Source: Carpediemonas membranifera BICM
Lineage: Eukaryota; Protista; Fornicata
Direction: 5' to 3'
Assembly (NCBI GenBank): GCA_019828565.1
Contig: JAHDYR010000038.1
Span: 975,478 to 1,039,477 of the forward strand
DNA: 64,000 bases
In this document: positions 19,936 to 33,200 of the stretch, in pieces
Layout of the letters: each line of letters begins with the position of its first letter
How positions within the stretch are numbered: the first letter of the stretch is position 1
Made by a program: the position numbers and the translations under genes
The notes under the pieces: model-generated
Database searches by the model: none
What the model was told of the DNA's origin: nothing
The model's input: the letters and a program-made list of their open reading frames with translations, nothing else

Positions 19936-22900
19936 GAAGGCTGCCGAATTAACCGTTCACCCCGCCTGGGAGAATCATGTGTTACCTTACCTCACGCAGG
20001 ACCGAACCAAGTCCACAATCGAGGCCGTATCTCGTCTCATGGCTGAGACCGAGGAGCTGCGCTCCCACGCCCATGCCCTTCTCAACTCCGAGCTCGGCGC
20101 CAAGCCAGAGCCCGAGCCCGCCGAGGTGGATGAAGACGAGGCCGCCCTCAGCAAGGTCATCACCCAGAAGCCAGACAGCACGCCGAGTGAGCAGGACACC
20201 CCGAGAAAAGCCAGCCCCACCCGCGGACTCGATAAGATCATCGCCAAAGCTTTTATCGCCGCCCTTCGCCCGGTCTCACTTGCCAACCGTATTCAGCAAA
20301 AGTGGGACCTCTCTGGCGCCCGGGACATCGATAGCTTATTTGTGCACACGCGCGAGCTCATACTGCACGCCATTGACGCCCGCGAAGTCCTCGGAAGCGT
20401 GATTCAAGACATATCCATCACATCCTCCAGCACGAGCTCCAGCACGAGCTCCAGCACTGGCCCGAAACATAGCCAGAACGCCAACACCAGATCCCGCCGC
20501 GAGCGCCGGCGCCCTCCTCCATACGCGTGCTCGTGTGGAGGCATGCACTGGAAGGCTGATTGCCCGCACCGCGGCAGCACGCCCGGACAGCCCCAGGCTA
20601 CCAAAGGCCACCCCGCCGCGGCCCGCGACGCCAGACCGGCACCTCAGCCGCAACGCCAGCCCCAAGCGGCCAACAAACCGGCTCAGCCACAGCCGGCACC
20701 AGCTGCTCAGAAGCAGCAGCAACAGTCATCCCAGCAGCCACAGCCTCGCCCCGACGAGAGACGCGCTGGGAACATGGTGCTCCGGGACAGATCCAAGCTG
20801 ATCAACTCTCGTCCAGGAGTCCACGAAGTCGAAGTCGCACACAATGCTTGTGATGATGCCTTTATCGAAGAAGTTGCCGCTTCAACTGCATTCTCAGTTA
20901 AGGGAGCTGTGAATGACCAAGAACAGGTGATATTGATCGATAGCGGCTCCGCAATCACGATCATCTCCACAACCTCCGTTAAGACGCTCCAACTCGTCAC
21001 ACATGAGCTTGAAAAGCCATTTACTGTTCAGTCCGTTACCAATGAGCCCATCCTCATCACTCACTACGTCCAAGCGCGGATCACGTTGCCCAGCACATCT
21101 GGAAACGTCATCATCGATCTCATCCTCTACATCATGACGCGCGCCACTGAACGTGTGCTCATTGGATGCGACGTGCTTCGCACACTCGGTTATCTCTCCG
21201 AGAGTGGCCTCCACATCGCACTTCTTCCGGATTCACGCCCGGAGGACGCCACCGATGGCCTCCCACTCCACAAGTACCTCGACGCCCCCGTCGAGGCCGT
21301 CTCCTCAAGCGAGTTTCACACCGACGCGTGTGAGATACACGAGCTCTCCACCAAGGCCCAGACCGACGAGCTACATTCGATCCTCCGTCGGTTCGATCAC
21401 CTATTCGACCCCGTCATAAGCAAACAGCCGTGCTCGTTTGCCCCTATGCGCATCCCGCTTTACGACAACGCCCCTCCGATCCGTCTTCGCCCGCGCAACC
21501 TACACCCGAAGAAGCTGGAGTGGCTGTTGCCATACGTCGAGCGCCTGCGCCAGGACGAGATCACACAGCCCTCTGAGGGGCCTTACGCAAGCCCCATCGT
21601 CCTGGTCGCAAAGGGCGACGCCTACCGTCTCTGTATCGACTACGGCCGCCTCAACTCTTGGACAGTACCCGACCGGCACCCGATCCCCAACATGCGAGAA
21701 CTCCTCAACCTCGCGTCGGGCTGCACACGCTTTGCGACGCTAGACCTGACGTCGGGCTACTGGCAGGTGGCCATGCACCCAGACGACGTGCCTAAGACGG
21801 CCTTCACCGCCCCGGGCGTCTACGAGGAATTCCTCAGGATGCCGTTCGGCCTTTTGCAACGCGCCTTCTCACTTCCAGCGGGAGATCGAAGGCATGCTCG
21901 CCCCACTGTTGTACAAGGGCGCCAACCCCTACATCGACGACATATTCATCTACGCCCGTGACGATGACTCCTTCCTACGCATTCTCCGCGACCTGCTCAC
22001 ACGCGCGGACGCTGCAGGCGTTCAGTTCAGTGCCAAGAAGGGAGTCTTCGGCACCACCAGCGCCAAGATTGTCGGCTTTACGGTCGACCAGGCCGGAGTA
22101 CACGTCGACCCAGCCAGGACCCAAGCCCTACGCGATCTACCTGCACCCACCAACGTCCACGAGCTTCGCGTAGTCCTCGGACAGTTCCAGTACCTCGCAT
22201 CATTCGTTCCCCATACACGACACGAGTACATGAGACCTCTCAACGATCTTCTGCAAAAGGACCGTCTGTGGGAATGGACAGCGGAGCACGACGCCGCTTT
22301 CGACGGCCTGAAGACCCTGTTCACTGACGATCTCTTTATCGCACATCCGGACGCCGACGCCGACTGGACGCTCAAGACAGACGCTAGCAACATCGGAGCA
22401 GGCGGCATACTATGGCAGACAAAGGACGACAAGACACAGATCCTCGCCTACTTCTCTCACACATTCACGTCAACCCAGTCGCGCTGGGCCACGTGTGAGC
22501 AGGAGCTATTTGCCATTGTCTTTTGCCTCACACACCCGACCCTGTCACCCCTCCTACGCCTGAAGAGGTTCCTCCTACGGACCGACCACCGTAATCTTAT
22601 TTACATGATCGCCAAGTCATCCGAGAACGACAAGATCAACCGGTGGAGACTGACATTAGCAGACTACAAGTTCGATGTCGAGCACGTTCCCGGCCTACAG
22701 AACGCAGTCGCAGACGCGCTGAGCCGCTGCGGTCACTCGACCTCGCCCACTGTCGCAGCCATCACGACTGACTCCCGCTACCATGACACACTCATCAAAC
22801 ACCAGACAGACGACTCGACCGTCTCCAAGCTGACCGTAGACAGCGACGGTCTTCGCCGCAAGGACGGCCTCGTCGTCATCCCTACTTCAACCGTGTGCAG

Positions 22901-24228
22901 ACCCCTCCGAAAGGAGCTGATACAGATCGCCCACAGAGGACACCACGGCGCCAAGGCTACCATCGAACGCCTGAGAGCAGACGGCTATACCTGGACAGGC
23001 TGCACAGCAGATGTCGAGGAGTTCGTCGCCTCATGTGACGAGTGCCAGAAAGCTCGCCTACGCAACTTCGCCGAGGCAGAGCTCCGCACAACAGCAGTGT
23101 ACAAACCGTTCCACACTGTCGCAGTGGATACTATTGGTCCAATCCCGGCAGACGCAGTCGGCTCCAGATACATCACTGTTATGGTCGATATGTTTACTCG
23201 CTACACTGAGTTGGCCGCGACGGACGAGAACACAGCTGATGCAGCGTCAGAGGCCCTCTGGCGCCAGGTGATTACACGTCATGGGACTCCCCTGTTCATC
23301 AAGTCCGACAACGGGCCTGAGTTCACCGGCAACGTCGTCAAGGCCCTGCTCGAAAGCGCGGACATCACCCAGCATTCACCCTCCCCTACCACCCTCAGTC
23401 GAATGGGCTGGTAGAGCGTCGTAACGCGGAGGTCATGAAGCATCTTCGCTGTTTGATCCTCCAATTCGACAAGTTCTCCCGTTGGAGCGACCTCCTTCCG
23501 GTAGTTCAGCTGCTGCTGAACACAACCACCTGCAGCGCCACTGGGGTCACACCCCACGCCATGCTGTATGGAGACCAACTCGACCCCAGCTCCACAGTCG
23601 CTAGAATCCTCCGACCGAGCGAAAATGACTCGCCCCTTGCCTCAGCCTCAGCCTACATCACTTTACTTCGAGCACACCTCTCCAAGTTGACCTCTAGGGC
23701 GGCCGAGAAGCAGCGCGAGACTGTAGACAAGCGCCTCGCCAAGGCTAACGCCGACCGCCAGCCGACTAGCTTCAAGGAAGGCGACCTCGTCCTGCTCAAC
23801 CGGACGAAGACCCCAAAGCTGCATGGCTTCGCCGGCCCGTTCAAGATTCTCGCCATCAAGGACAACAACACCCTTCAGCTGGTCGACCTTTTCGAGAGCG
23901 CCCCCTTCATGGCTCACGTAGACCAGGTCCTTCCTTTCAACACCAAGTCGGGGCTCAGCCGCCTGAAGAACCTCGCCGCCTCCGACGAGCAGACGTACGT
24001 CGTGCAAGGCATCGAGAAGCACCGTCGCCGTAACGGCACACTGCAGCTCCTCGTCTGCTGGGAGGGCGACTACGATCCCACATGGGAACCCGCTGACGGG
24101 CTCCGCCACGTCACTGCGGCACGTGACTACCTCAAGTCCCACAAGCTCAAGCTTAAGGGGGGTAGGATGTCATAAGGCATCCACGTCCGCAGTTTATGTA
24201 AATGTTCCAATCTCTTCGCCCCGGCACA
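19936..24228 (+). mobile_element. Gypsy B chromovirus: partial gag, PR, RT, RH, IN, chromodomain, PPT and 3' LTR (24168-24228); frameshifted
   Basis: LIDSGS, LDLTSGYWQ, YIDD, TDAS, TDH, HHCC, SDNGPEF, GPF and chromodomain YVV...WEG...TWEP; PPT AAGGGGGGTAGGA. Confidence 0.92.
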
Positions 24229-25062
24229 ACCGGCAACCAGCAGTGAGGCCCCGACAGTGGCCCCAGGGCCCGGAGGGGAGAAGACGATCACCATGGTGCC
24301 GAAGCGGAAGAAGAAGACCAAGGCCAAGAAGCAAAGGATGGCCACCCAACCCAACCCGATGATGGACGCCATGGCCCAGTTCATGAACATGATGGCGAGC
24401 ATGCAGAGCCAGATGGGCCTACAGGAACAGGGCACAGGCGACAGTGACAGTGATAGCCAAATGGAGAGCGAGTAATCAGGGTAAAGCAGTATTCTTTCAG
24501 TGACAGGTAACAGTTGTTTTTCTTCTATAATAATAAGCCCTGGCTCCCACCCAGGGCCTGGCATTAGTTTATGGACACTGCCAGTAGGCTGCGACGGCGG
24601 CCAAAGGGGGGGTCACGCCATTGCGCCCCCTCCTAAATGCGCCTGCCTGACGATGGAAGGTCACCAGGAATTGCGGAAGCTGGCCTACCCAGGGACACTG
24701 AGGCCGGCACTGAGGGGCCCAGGGTAGGACAGGGACTTACACAGACAAAATTTTCCGAAATTCGCAGAATAAGGGGAACGGAGTACAGCAAATGGAAACA
24801 TTCAGAATAGTCAGTATGAACACGCAGGGACACATCGGACGCGGAAAAGACTTCACAGCGTCAATAGCTACCGCACTACAAACAAGACTAGGAGATATCG
24901 AAGCCATATGCATACAGGAGACCTGGAGAACGGCAAACACAAGAGTACACCACTTCATCGACTTTGACTATGCGCTAGCAGGGAAAGAAACAGAGGAAGA
25001 ACTGGCAACAAGGAACGAAAAGCGGAAGAAGGATGTCCTAAGTCAACACCGCATTAACAGAC
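24229..25062 (+). mobile_element. APE-type LINE: ORF1 C-terminus (to 24475) and ORF2 endonuclease start (24792); continues at 29035-29128 and 35660-35826
   Basis: IVSMNTQG...ICIQETW. Reading across the Gypsy C and E insertions gives TDMMRRHGL...TTPDFAAVT|AGIRG...GVWGSAH. Confidence 0.8.
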
Positions 25063-28000
25063 TGTCACGTTGTGTTAGCTGTCCCAATCAGTTCTTTTAT
25101 GATTGGTCAATGATCATCAAAGTCAATTTAAAGTTAGTTCATCGTTTCCCTTCGGTGTTCCTGTCCCCTGCCCGTCACAGTTATATATCTTTCGATTAAG
25201 GCTACTTTCCCGATGAACATTGACGCCCTGTCTAACTTTTTGGCCCCATGGTTGAATTCGGCTAAGCCGAAATCATGGTACTCGTTCCGAGACAAGTACC
25301 GTTCTTTTAACGCCCGCACGAACTCCGAAATTCCGATCTTCAGTCTCATTAGCCCCATTGTTATTCAGCTCCTGGAGCTGAGTGATCCTGAGCTCCATGC
25401 CTTCATCGCAGAAGCGCGCGCGGCACTTGAATCTCCTCGTGTGCCTGAAGTGGCCGAGGAGAATGTAGGCCAGATCGCTATGGTCGCCGCCGCGCCTGCA
25501 GAAGAAGAAGAGGACGAAGACACGTCTGACGACTCCGACTCATCCTCTTCCGATGATGACGATGAGCTGGCTCCCCCTCCCGAAGACTGGAATGAGGCTT
25601 TTATTGATCGCGTGAACCGCATCTTCGCCCCCCTTGATAAGCAAGATGCTCTCGACCGGTTCGACGATATCAAGTTCCCCGACGGTAACCTCTACGAGTC
25701 CATGCTAACCTACGTGTTCCTTTACTCGCGGATGATTATGAACTGCGCGCATGTCCGTCCGAAGGAGTCTTCGTTAGTTCAGAAGTTCCTGACCAACGTG
25801 CGCGGAGATCGTCTACGTGAGCGCTGCGCCACCTACAAGGACAAGCGATCGTTTGAACGAACGGCTCAGGCAGCTATTGCGCAAGCCAGAAAGGCTGAGC
25901 AAGCGGAGAGAGAAGGTCGCCGGTCCAAGAGTAAAGGTAAAGGGCAGGCATACGTTGACTTTCTCCTCGCAGCTCTGACCCAAGGTAAGCCTAGCCAAGC
26001 CTCTGCTCGTCCCCTGTTCCCGATCCGCCTCCTGCAGTGCCCCTCATCTGCGTTGTACGACACTGGCGCCACGGCCAACTTTATCTCAGAAGAGCTAGCT
26101 TCCTCGCTGCCCATTGAGCCTTCACTCGAGTCCCATCAGGTCCAGTTGTTCACTGGACAGAAGGTTAATACGACGCATGTAATGACGGCTGACTGTGAGT
26201 TCCCCTCCGCCACTGGCCACAAGCTCACGATCAAGACAAAGTTCATTATCATGCGCGAAAAGCTCCCAGCTCCCACAGTCATTGGGTTCCCCTTGCTCGT
26301 GTCCGCCGGATTGATCCAATTCCCCGCTGACGACCTCATTGTGGAGGTTGGGGATGATTACGACGACATGTTCGATGTGGATGCCCTACATGACGCAACT
26401 GAGACCACCACACTTACGATCATGAAGTTCGAGGAGCAGATATCGCGAATCTTGCAAGATCTACCTGGCCTCTTCGAGGAAGATCTGTCCGTGACATCAA
26501 CTCTGCCCCCTTCAAGGTCAAGACCGAAGACCCAGACAAAGTCATTAACGTCTACCCCTACCGCTATTCCACACCTGTACGGACCGAGATTGTGCGCCAA
26601 GTCCATGAACTAGAGGCCCAGGGTATCATCCGGAGATCCACATCGGCATTCAACAACCCGATAGTCATGGCTAAGAAGCGGGGCGGAGCCCTACGACTAT
26701 GCCTAGATTTCCGAGCCCTCAATCTCATCACCTCGCCCGACAGTCACCTCCTGCCACTGATAGACAACCTCCTGGATCACCTCGAGGGAGCAAAATTCTT
26801 CGCGGCTTTAGACCTGAAATCGGCTTTTCATCAAGTTCCCATGGCTAGTGATAGTTGCAGGTATACTGCCTTCACAGTGGATGGCCTGGGGAAATTTGAG
26901 TACTGCCGCATGCCGTTTGGAATGAAGAATGCCCCTATCCAGTGTCAACGGGCTCTCGAAGCCGTTCTCAGTGACAGCCTGTACACTCAGGCCTTAGCGT
27001 ACGTGGACGACGTCATGGTTATGGGAAGGATAGGAACACCTTCTTGAAGAACCTCCGGGACGTTCTGCACAAGCTTCACGCGGCGGGTCTCCGCCTTAAC
27101 GCTGCCAAGACAGTCCTCGGTGTCGAAGAAATCGACTACTTAGGATGGAGACTCAATGCACGAGGCCGCAGGATCGCTCCTGATCGCCTCCAGGCGATTC
27201 GCGACATCAAGCCCCCCACCAACCTGACTGAAGCCCGCTCGGTGCTAGGCCTGGCAAACTACTTCCGCCCCATCATCGAGAGGTATGCCGACATCACAGA
27301 GCCAATCACTGTGCTCACCAGAGCCACCAGTGCTGGGAGTATGGGGGTCGGCCCATGAAGGGATCGAGTTATCATGGGAGGAGCCCCGCAACAGAGACTC
27401 GAGAGAAGAGGACAGAGGCCTGGAACTGCCAGGAGTGCACACCTGGAATATGAAAGAGAGGGAGGGCCGCACAACAATCAAGGAGCTAAACAGAAACAGA
27501 ACAATAGACCAGTGGGAGGAGACAATCAGAGCGTGCCTTGGAAAACCAGTGGAAAAGAGGAAGGCAAAAGGAAGGGAACAGATAATACAGGGCAGTGCAT
27601 GGGCTGAACTCCAGCGAACGGAGTGGACGGAAGCCGGCAACAAGGAGAGGGCGAGGATAATGAACAGAGAACTGAAGAAGCATTGGGACAAACGCAGAGA
27701 AGAGTGGATAGCCGACCTCAGCAAAAGCAAAGGGATGCCTGGCAGCCTGCTCAAGGACGAAATGATCACCACGGACAAGACCACGATCAGCGAAATCCTG
27801 CTCAAGCAGTATGTCAAGGTAAGCAGAGGCAGAGAACCAGAGTGGAAGGAATGGCCTGGCAAAGGAGGGGACGAATTCTCCAAGGACGAAGTGAAGTCAG
27901 CCATCAGTAAGATCAAGAGGGACACAGCCCCGGGTCCAGAGAACACAACAGGGACAATGCTAAGAGAGCTGGATGGTGAAGGCCTTAAGGAGCAAACAAA

Positions 28001-29034
28001 GTTTATGAACAGAGTGTACAGTGAAGGGAAGATCCCGGAATCGTGGAAGTTCGCAACAGTGTCAGCATTCATCCAGTTCGCCGGCCACTACGGATTCCCT
28101 CAGACCGTCCGCACTGATGGCGGCTCCCAGTTCACTGCCAAGCTCTTCAAGGAGATCTTGGCCTCCCTGCACGTGGCCCACACCGTCACGCTGCCCTACC
28201 ACCACCGCGCGAACGGCCTAGTCGAGAGGGTCAACCGCGAGGTGAACCGTCATCTCGTCGCCTTGACCTCTGAACTCAGACTCTCCTCCAAGTGGTCTCT
28301 GTACCTGCCCATGGTCCAACGCCTTCTTAACGCTACCACCAACTCTAGCATTGGCATGTCACCCGCTGCCCTCGTCTTCGGCACCGCCGTCAACCTCGAC
28401 CGCAGCATCATCGACGTAGTGTCACAGGGAGAGGGAGAGCACCCAGACATCGTCCAAATCCAGGAGATCCTCGTTCAAGCAGCCCGCCTTAACCAGGATC
28501 AGACCTTCAACCCCGGCCCTTCAACCTCGGACGTCTTTGCCATCGGCGACCAGGTCTTAGTAACCTACCCGACGCGTCCCGACAGCAAGTTGACCCCCAA
28601 GCTCATGGGCCCCTACACCATAACTTCCCGCTCGAACGACATTTACGAGGTTATCAATCCTGCGACTCGTCGCACCCAGACCTATCACGCCACACGCCTC
28701 CGCCGCTTCGTCTCCAATGGCCTCCTCACTGACATCGAGCTCGTCGCCATGGACGAGGACTCCTACCTTGTACAAGAGATCCTGGCCCACCGTGGCGGCC
28801 CCAACAAGACCTCCTTCGAGTTTCTCATCCGCTGGGATGGCTATGGTGCCGAGGACGACCAATGGCTTCCCTACCTCGAGGTCCCTGACCTCGAGGCTCT
28901 CGACTATTATCTCGAGTGTCACCCACTCTTCTAAGAGAGAGAAGTGTTGGGCAATTTTAGTTATAACCATTTTTGCCCTTGATCGGGTTTCGAATAAACC
29001 TCACTTCGTCATTAGTTCTCTTTATTTGGCCACA
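25063..29034 (+). mobile_element. Gypsy C composite: 5' LTR 25063-25179, gag-PR-RT, LINE fragment, IN-chromodomain, PPT, unrelated 3' LTR 28945-29034
   Basis: YDTGA, LDLKSAFHQ, YVDD, TDGGSQF, GPY and a chromodomain; PPT AAGAGAGAGAAG. Confidence 0.85.
27320..28063 (+). mobile_element. Internal fragment of a related APE-LINE ORF2, replacing Gypsy RNase H and the IN N-terminus
   Basis: LGVWGSAH...PGVHTW is homologous to 35700-35826; pre-RT motifs EVKSAI, TAPGPE and IPESWK; purine-rich like the other LINE pieces. Confidence 0.8.
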
Positions 29035-29232
29035 GACATGATGAGGAGACACGGGCTAAGGGCTATCAAACCAGGGACAAGCACCCTCACGACAGGAACA
29101 ACGACACCGGACTTCGCGGCGGTCACAGTGTCAGTCAGTACAATTTAAGAACATTTATGGATTGACTTCGACACCCCTGTGTCGAAGTCTATTCTCCCAG
29201 TAAAACAGGTATAGTCAAACCACTTACTTCAA

Positions 29233-30207
29233 ATGACTGAAAACGGCCCGTCAGTGAACGAGCCAAGCATTAGTGCCATTCTGGCATTTCACGAAAAGCT
29301 AACGAGACATGTTCAGGCCGGTGGAAAGCGCCGCCTCATTAAGCGCTTAGGCCCTGCAGTTCTAACATTCTGCAGTTCATCGGGTGTTGATGTTAAGCAG
29401 GTGTACCGCCGCGCGAGGAGACAGAAGACATCATCCTCCCTTATTTTTCGCGCACCGCAAGTCCGTATGAAAAAGTCCGGAGCGGAAGACCTAGCTTTCC
29501 AGGCCGTCGTTGACGCCATCAAACCTCAATCAGCTATCCTACAGCGCCAACTATTCCAGCTCTCTGTGAAGGGCGTCCATTCGGGGCGCTTCACACAGTA
29601 CTTGGACAAGTTCCGTACAAGGTACCGCATCATCAAGCCTGATCTGGCGCCTGCTACGATCCGCCAGATGTTCCTGAACGGAATCCTGGACGAGTTCCTC
29701 CGCGAGGAGGTCAAAGACGCCGTAGTAGGAATGTCGCTCGATGAGACCTTCATTACCTCTCTTATGATCTGCAAGAAGCTCGAGGAAGCTCGTCTCATCT
29801 CTGAATCATACGCATCCCTCCATCCAGTGTCGTCAACACATCCTGGAAGCCGCGTCAAGTCTAGCAGAGCCCGTCCGGGCCGCCAAGAACGTCAACAGGC
29901 AAGACCTGACCAGCCTCCCCTCCAACGCCAAGCTCCTGAGCCACCGCACGCGTACAACCACTCCAGTTTCCAGCCTGATACGAGACGGCCCGACAGAGCC
30001 AGTAAGCAGTGTCAGAACTGCGGCAAGCAAGGTCACTTCGCCCGGGACTGTAAGAGAGATAAGATCAAGTGCGCAAAGTGTGGAAAGCTGGGCCACATGG
30101 CCAAGTTCTGCCGGTCGACAGGCCCAGTTCCTGTAAACGACCGTAAGTACACCAATTACTCGACACCGGCGCGCGTTTGGACTATGGCTGGCGAGACAAC
30201 TCCATGA
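29233..30207 (+). CDS. gag: Gag with two CCHC zinc knuckles
   Basis: CQNCGKQGHFARDC and CAKCGKLGHMAKFC. Confidence 0.92.
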   Translation: MTENGPSVNEPSISAILAFHEKLTRHVQAGGKRRLIKRLGPAVLTFCSSSGVDVKQVYRRARRQKTSSSLIFRAPQVRMKKSGAEDLAFQAVVDAIKPQSAILQRQLFQLSVKGVHSGRFTQYLDKFRTRYRIIKPDLAPATIRQMFLNGILDEFLREEVKDAVVGMSLDETFITSLMICKKLEEARLISESYASLHPVSSTHPGSRVKSSRARPGRQERQQARPDQPPLQRQAPEPPHAYNHSSFQPDTRRPDRASKQCQNCGKQGHFARDCKRDKIKCAKCGKLGHMAKFCRSTGPVPVNDRKYTNYSTPARVWTMAGETTP

Positions 30208-33200
30208 TTGCCTGTGGTATCGGGTGCAGTGGACGGCTGCGCATGGGGACGCATATTATTCGATTGTGGTGCGGACATCCCGCTCGTTAACCCCGCCTCA
30301 GCTCAGGAAGCGGGACTGAACGCGACGAAGCTAGCCAGCCCGATACACATCAAGACACCCGGAGGCAGAATCCAGACAGACACGACCTATGAGGTCCCAG
30401 TAACCATGGACAAGTCGCCGATGACCCCGAAGGGCGTCGAGGCGACGGTGACCGCGTATGCAGTTGAGATGGAGTATGACATGCTCTTGAACTATGCAGT
30501 CATGGTGGACTGGGGCATTCTTCCACATGTTGGAGCTAGGTCGAGCGACTCGTCGATCGAAGAGGACGCCCAGCTCCCATCGACACTCGAGCGTCTTGAG
30601 AGACGACTCTACAATTTGCGAGCGGATATGAACGATAAGCAGAGTCGGATATTGGCCCGCTATGACCACTGTTTCCACGACCGGCAAGGTTTCAGCAATC
30701 TAGAACCATATGACCTTGTGCTCAAGTCGGACAGGGTGATCGCGTCACGGTCTAACTACGTCCCATACCAGCGCGAGCACTTATTCGACCAACATCTCGC
30801 CGAGCTAATCGAGAAGAAGTACGTCGAGCAGTCTTTCAGCCCATATGCTTCGCCGGTGCTCCTGGTTCCGAAGGGTCCGGACAAGACACGCATGGTCGTA
30901 GATTTCCGTAAGATCAACGACGAGACGGAGCCGTTCGAGTACCCTATCCCTGAGATACAGACGTGTTTAGCGAAGTTAGGCGCATCCAAGGTGTTCGCCA
31001 CCCTAGATTTATCGGCAGGGTACCACCAGATTCAGATGTCCGAACGTTCGCGCCAGTACACGGCGTTCAATACGCCGAGGGGCAAGTTCCAGTATACGGG
31101 CATGCCGTTTGGTTTGAAGAACGCGGGTGCTCACTTTCAGTACTCGATGGAGCGGGCGTTCGCAGATTTACTAGGAGCCAGTTGCCTGATTTATATCGAT
31201 GACATCGTAGTCTTCGGAAGAACAGAGGCAGAGTATATCGTCAACCTGACGAAGGTCCTCAAGCGAGCGGATGAACTGAATCTTCGCCTCAATGCCGAGA
31301 AGTCACATTTCGGCCAGTCTACAGTCGAGTTCCTTGGCTGGACAGTTTCAGGTGAAGGCTACGGTATTGCTGCCGACCGGGTACATGACATCCAAGAGCT
31401 CAAGCTACCCAAGTCCCGAAAGGCGGCCCAGGCACTCATGGGATTTCTGAACTTCGTCCGTGACTTCGTGCCACACTTTTCCATGGTCACGCGACCATTG
31501 GCACTCGCGGCAGCCGGTAAGATTGGGCTAGGCACCCCAGAGCAGACCAAAGCCTTGGCCCTGGTGAAGGATCTACTGTGTTCCGCACCCATCTTACAAC
31601 ACTTCGACGTGACAAAGCGCCACGTGGTGATGACCGACGCGTCGGACGTAGGGATCGGAGGTGTCCTCCTGCAGGATGGCAAGCCTGTCAGTTATATGTC
31701 GAAGGCCTTCACCGATGTGCAGACAAGATGGAGCACGATAGAACAGGAGGCATATGCTATCGTCTCTGCGCTTCAACGCTGGCGCCGTTTCCTGGTCTGG
31801 ACCCCTTTCACGCTGCTGACCGACCACCGTAATCTCATTTATATGGCCCGTTCATCAAACGCTAAGGTCCAAAGGTGGTATGAATCGATCGCAGACCTCC
31901 CCTTCACAATACGACACGTCCCTGGAGTAGATAATGGAGCAGCGGATGGATTGAGCAGAGTCTTTGCTGCGTCCAAGACCCCGACCGCGACAGAGAATGA
32001 GATCCATGACGCTCACCTCCACGGTCAAGCCCATCTCCCCCTTTATACGACAGTCGAGCTGTTGAAGGCGGGAGGGAAGCGAGCCCCCATTGACCAAGTC
32101 GCAGAGGTAATTAACAAGTGCCCAGTCTGTCAGCTCACGGCGAAGCCAGAGGACGCCAAGCGGTCGTACTTGCACACAGCGAGTGTAACTCCGTTTGATA
32201 AGGTAGCGATTGACACGATTGGCCCGCTACCAGAGGTCAACGGTTTCAGCTATATCTTGGTAATGGTTGACACGGCCTCAAGGTGGACAGAGCTGGTACC
32301 CCTACGGACTACGAAGGCCCTTGAAGCAGTAAGAGCATTTACGAATACGTGGCTACTACGGTACGGGGCGCCTAGAGTTCTCCAGTCAGACGGAGGGCGC
32401 CAGTTTGCAAACCGTTTGTTCGAGGATCTTGCTGGTCGAGTCGGGTTCTCGACCCATATCACAACTCCGTATCACCCGCAGTCCAATGGGATTGTAGAGC
32501 GGGCGAACTCTCGAATCGAACGAATCTTGCGCTCCAGGAAGTATGAGCTCCAGACCGAGGATTGGGTCGACTGTTTACCAGTGGCACAATTTATTGTTAA
32601 CTCAACACCCAGAGCGGCCCATCACCTCACGCCGGCTGAGATTATCTTTGGAAGCGACATGCGAGTGCCGAGTGAGATTGTCTTCACGAGCCAAGATGAC
32701 AGCGCGGATTATCCGGCAGATAATGGCGAGGCGGTGAAACTCGCGAGACAGATGGCCGCGGCACGCATCCGAGCCATGCAAGAGGACGCGCGCAACCGGG
32801 TTGGGTCCCCGCCGGTTATTGATTCAGAGTGGGTGCTGGTGAAGTATCCGACTAAGCCACCTTCCAAGCTTGCGGCAGGTTGGCGAGGCCCAATGCAGCT
32901 AGTGAGCCCGGTTATCGTCGACAACCTACCGGTAGCATACAATGTGAGAGACGTGAACTCGGGTAAGGAGTTCAGGGTAGCATCCGAGCGCGTGAGGTCT
33001 TTCGAGGGTGACTTGTCACGCGACTCAGCACAGGCCTTGGCAGCGACCACTGATGCCGAGTACGTTGTCGAGTGCATTTACGATTCATCCAATGAGAAGT
33101 CGATCAAGAATAGGAAGTTCCACGTGCACTGGAAAGGGTATGAGCCATGCGAGGACACTTGGGAGCCTTACGAGAACGTCAAGGACTGCGAAGCGTTAGA

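Noticed and set aside
24640-24680. Hammerhead ribozyme (CTGACGA...)
   Set aside because: No GAAA core after stem II and no convincing stems I or III.
27285-28934. Novel LINE-integrase fusion protein as a functional gene
   Set aside because: Both parts are truncated, there is no dedicated start, and it is best explained as a rearrangement.
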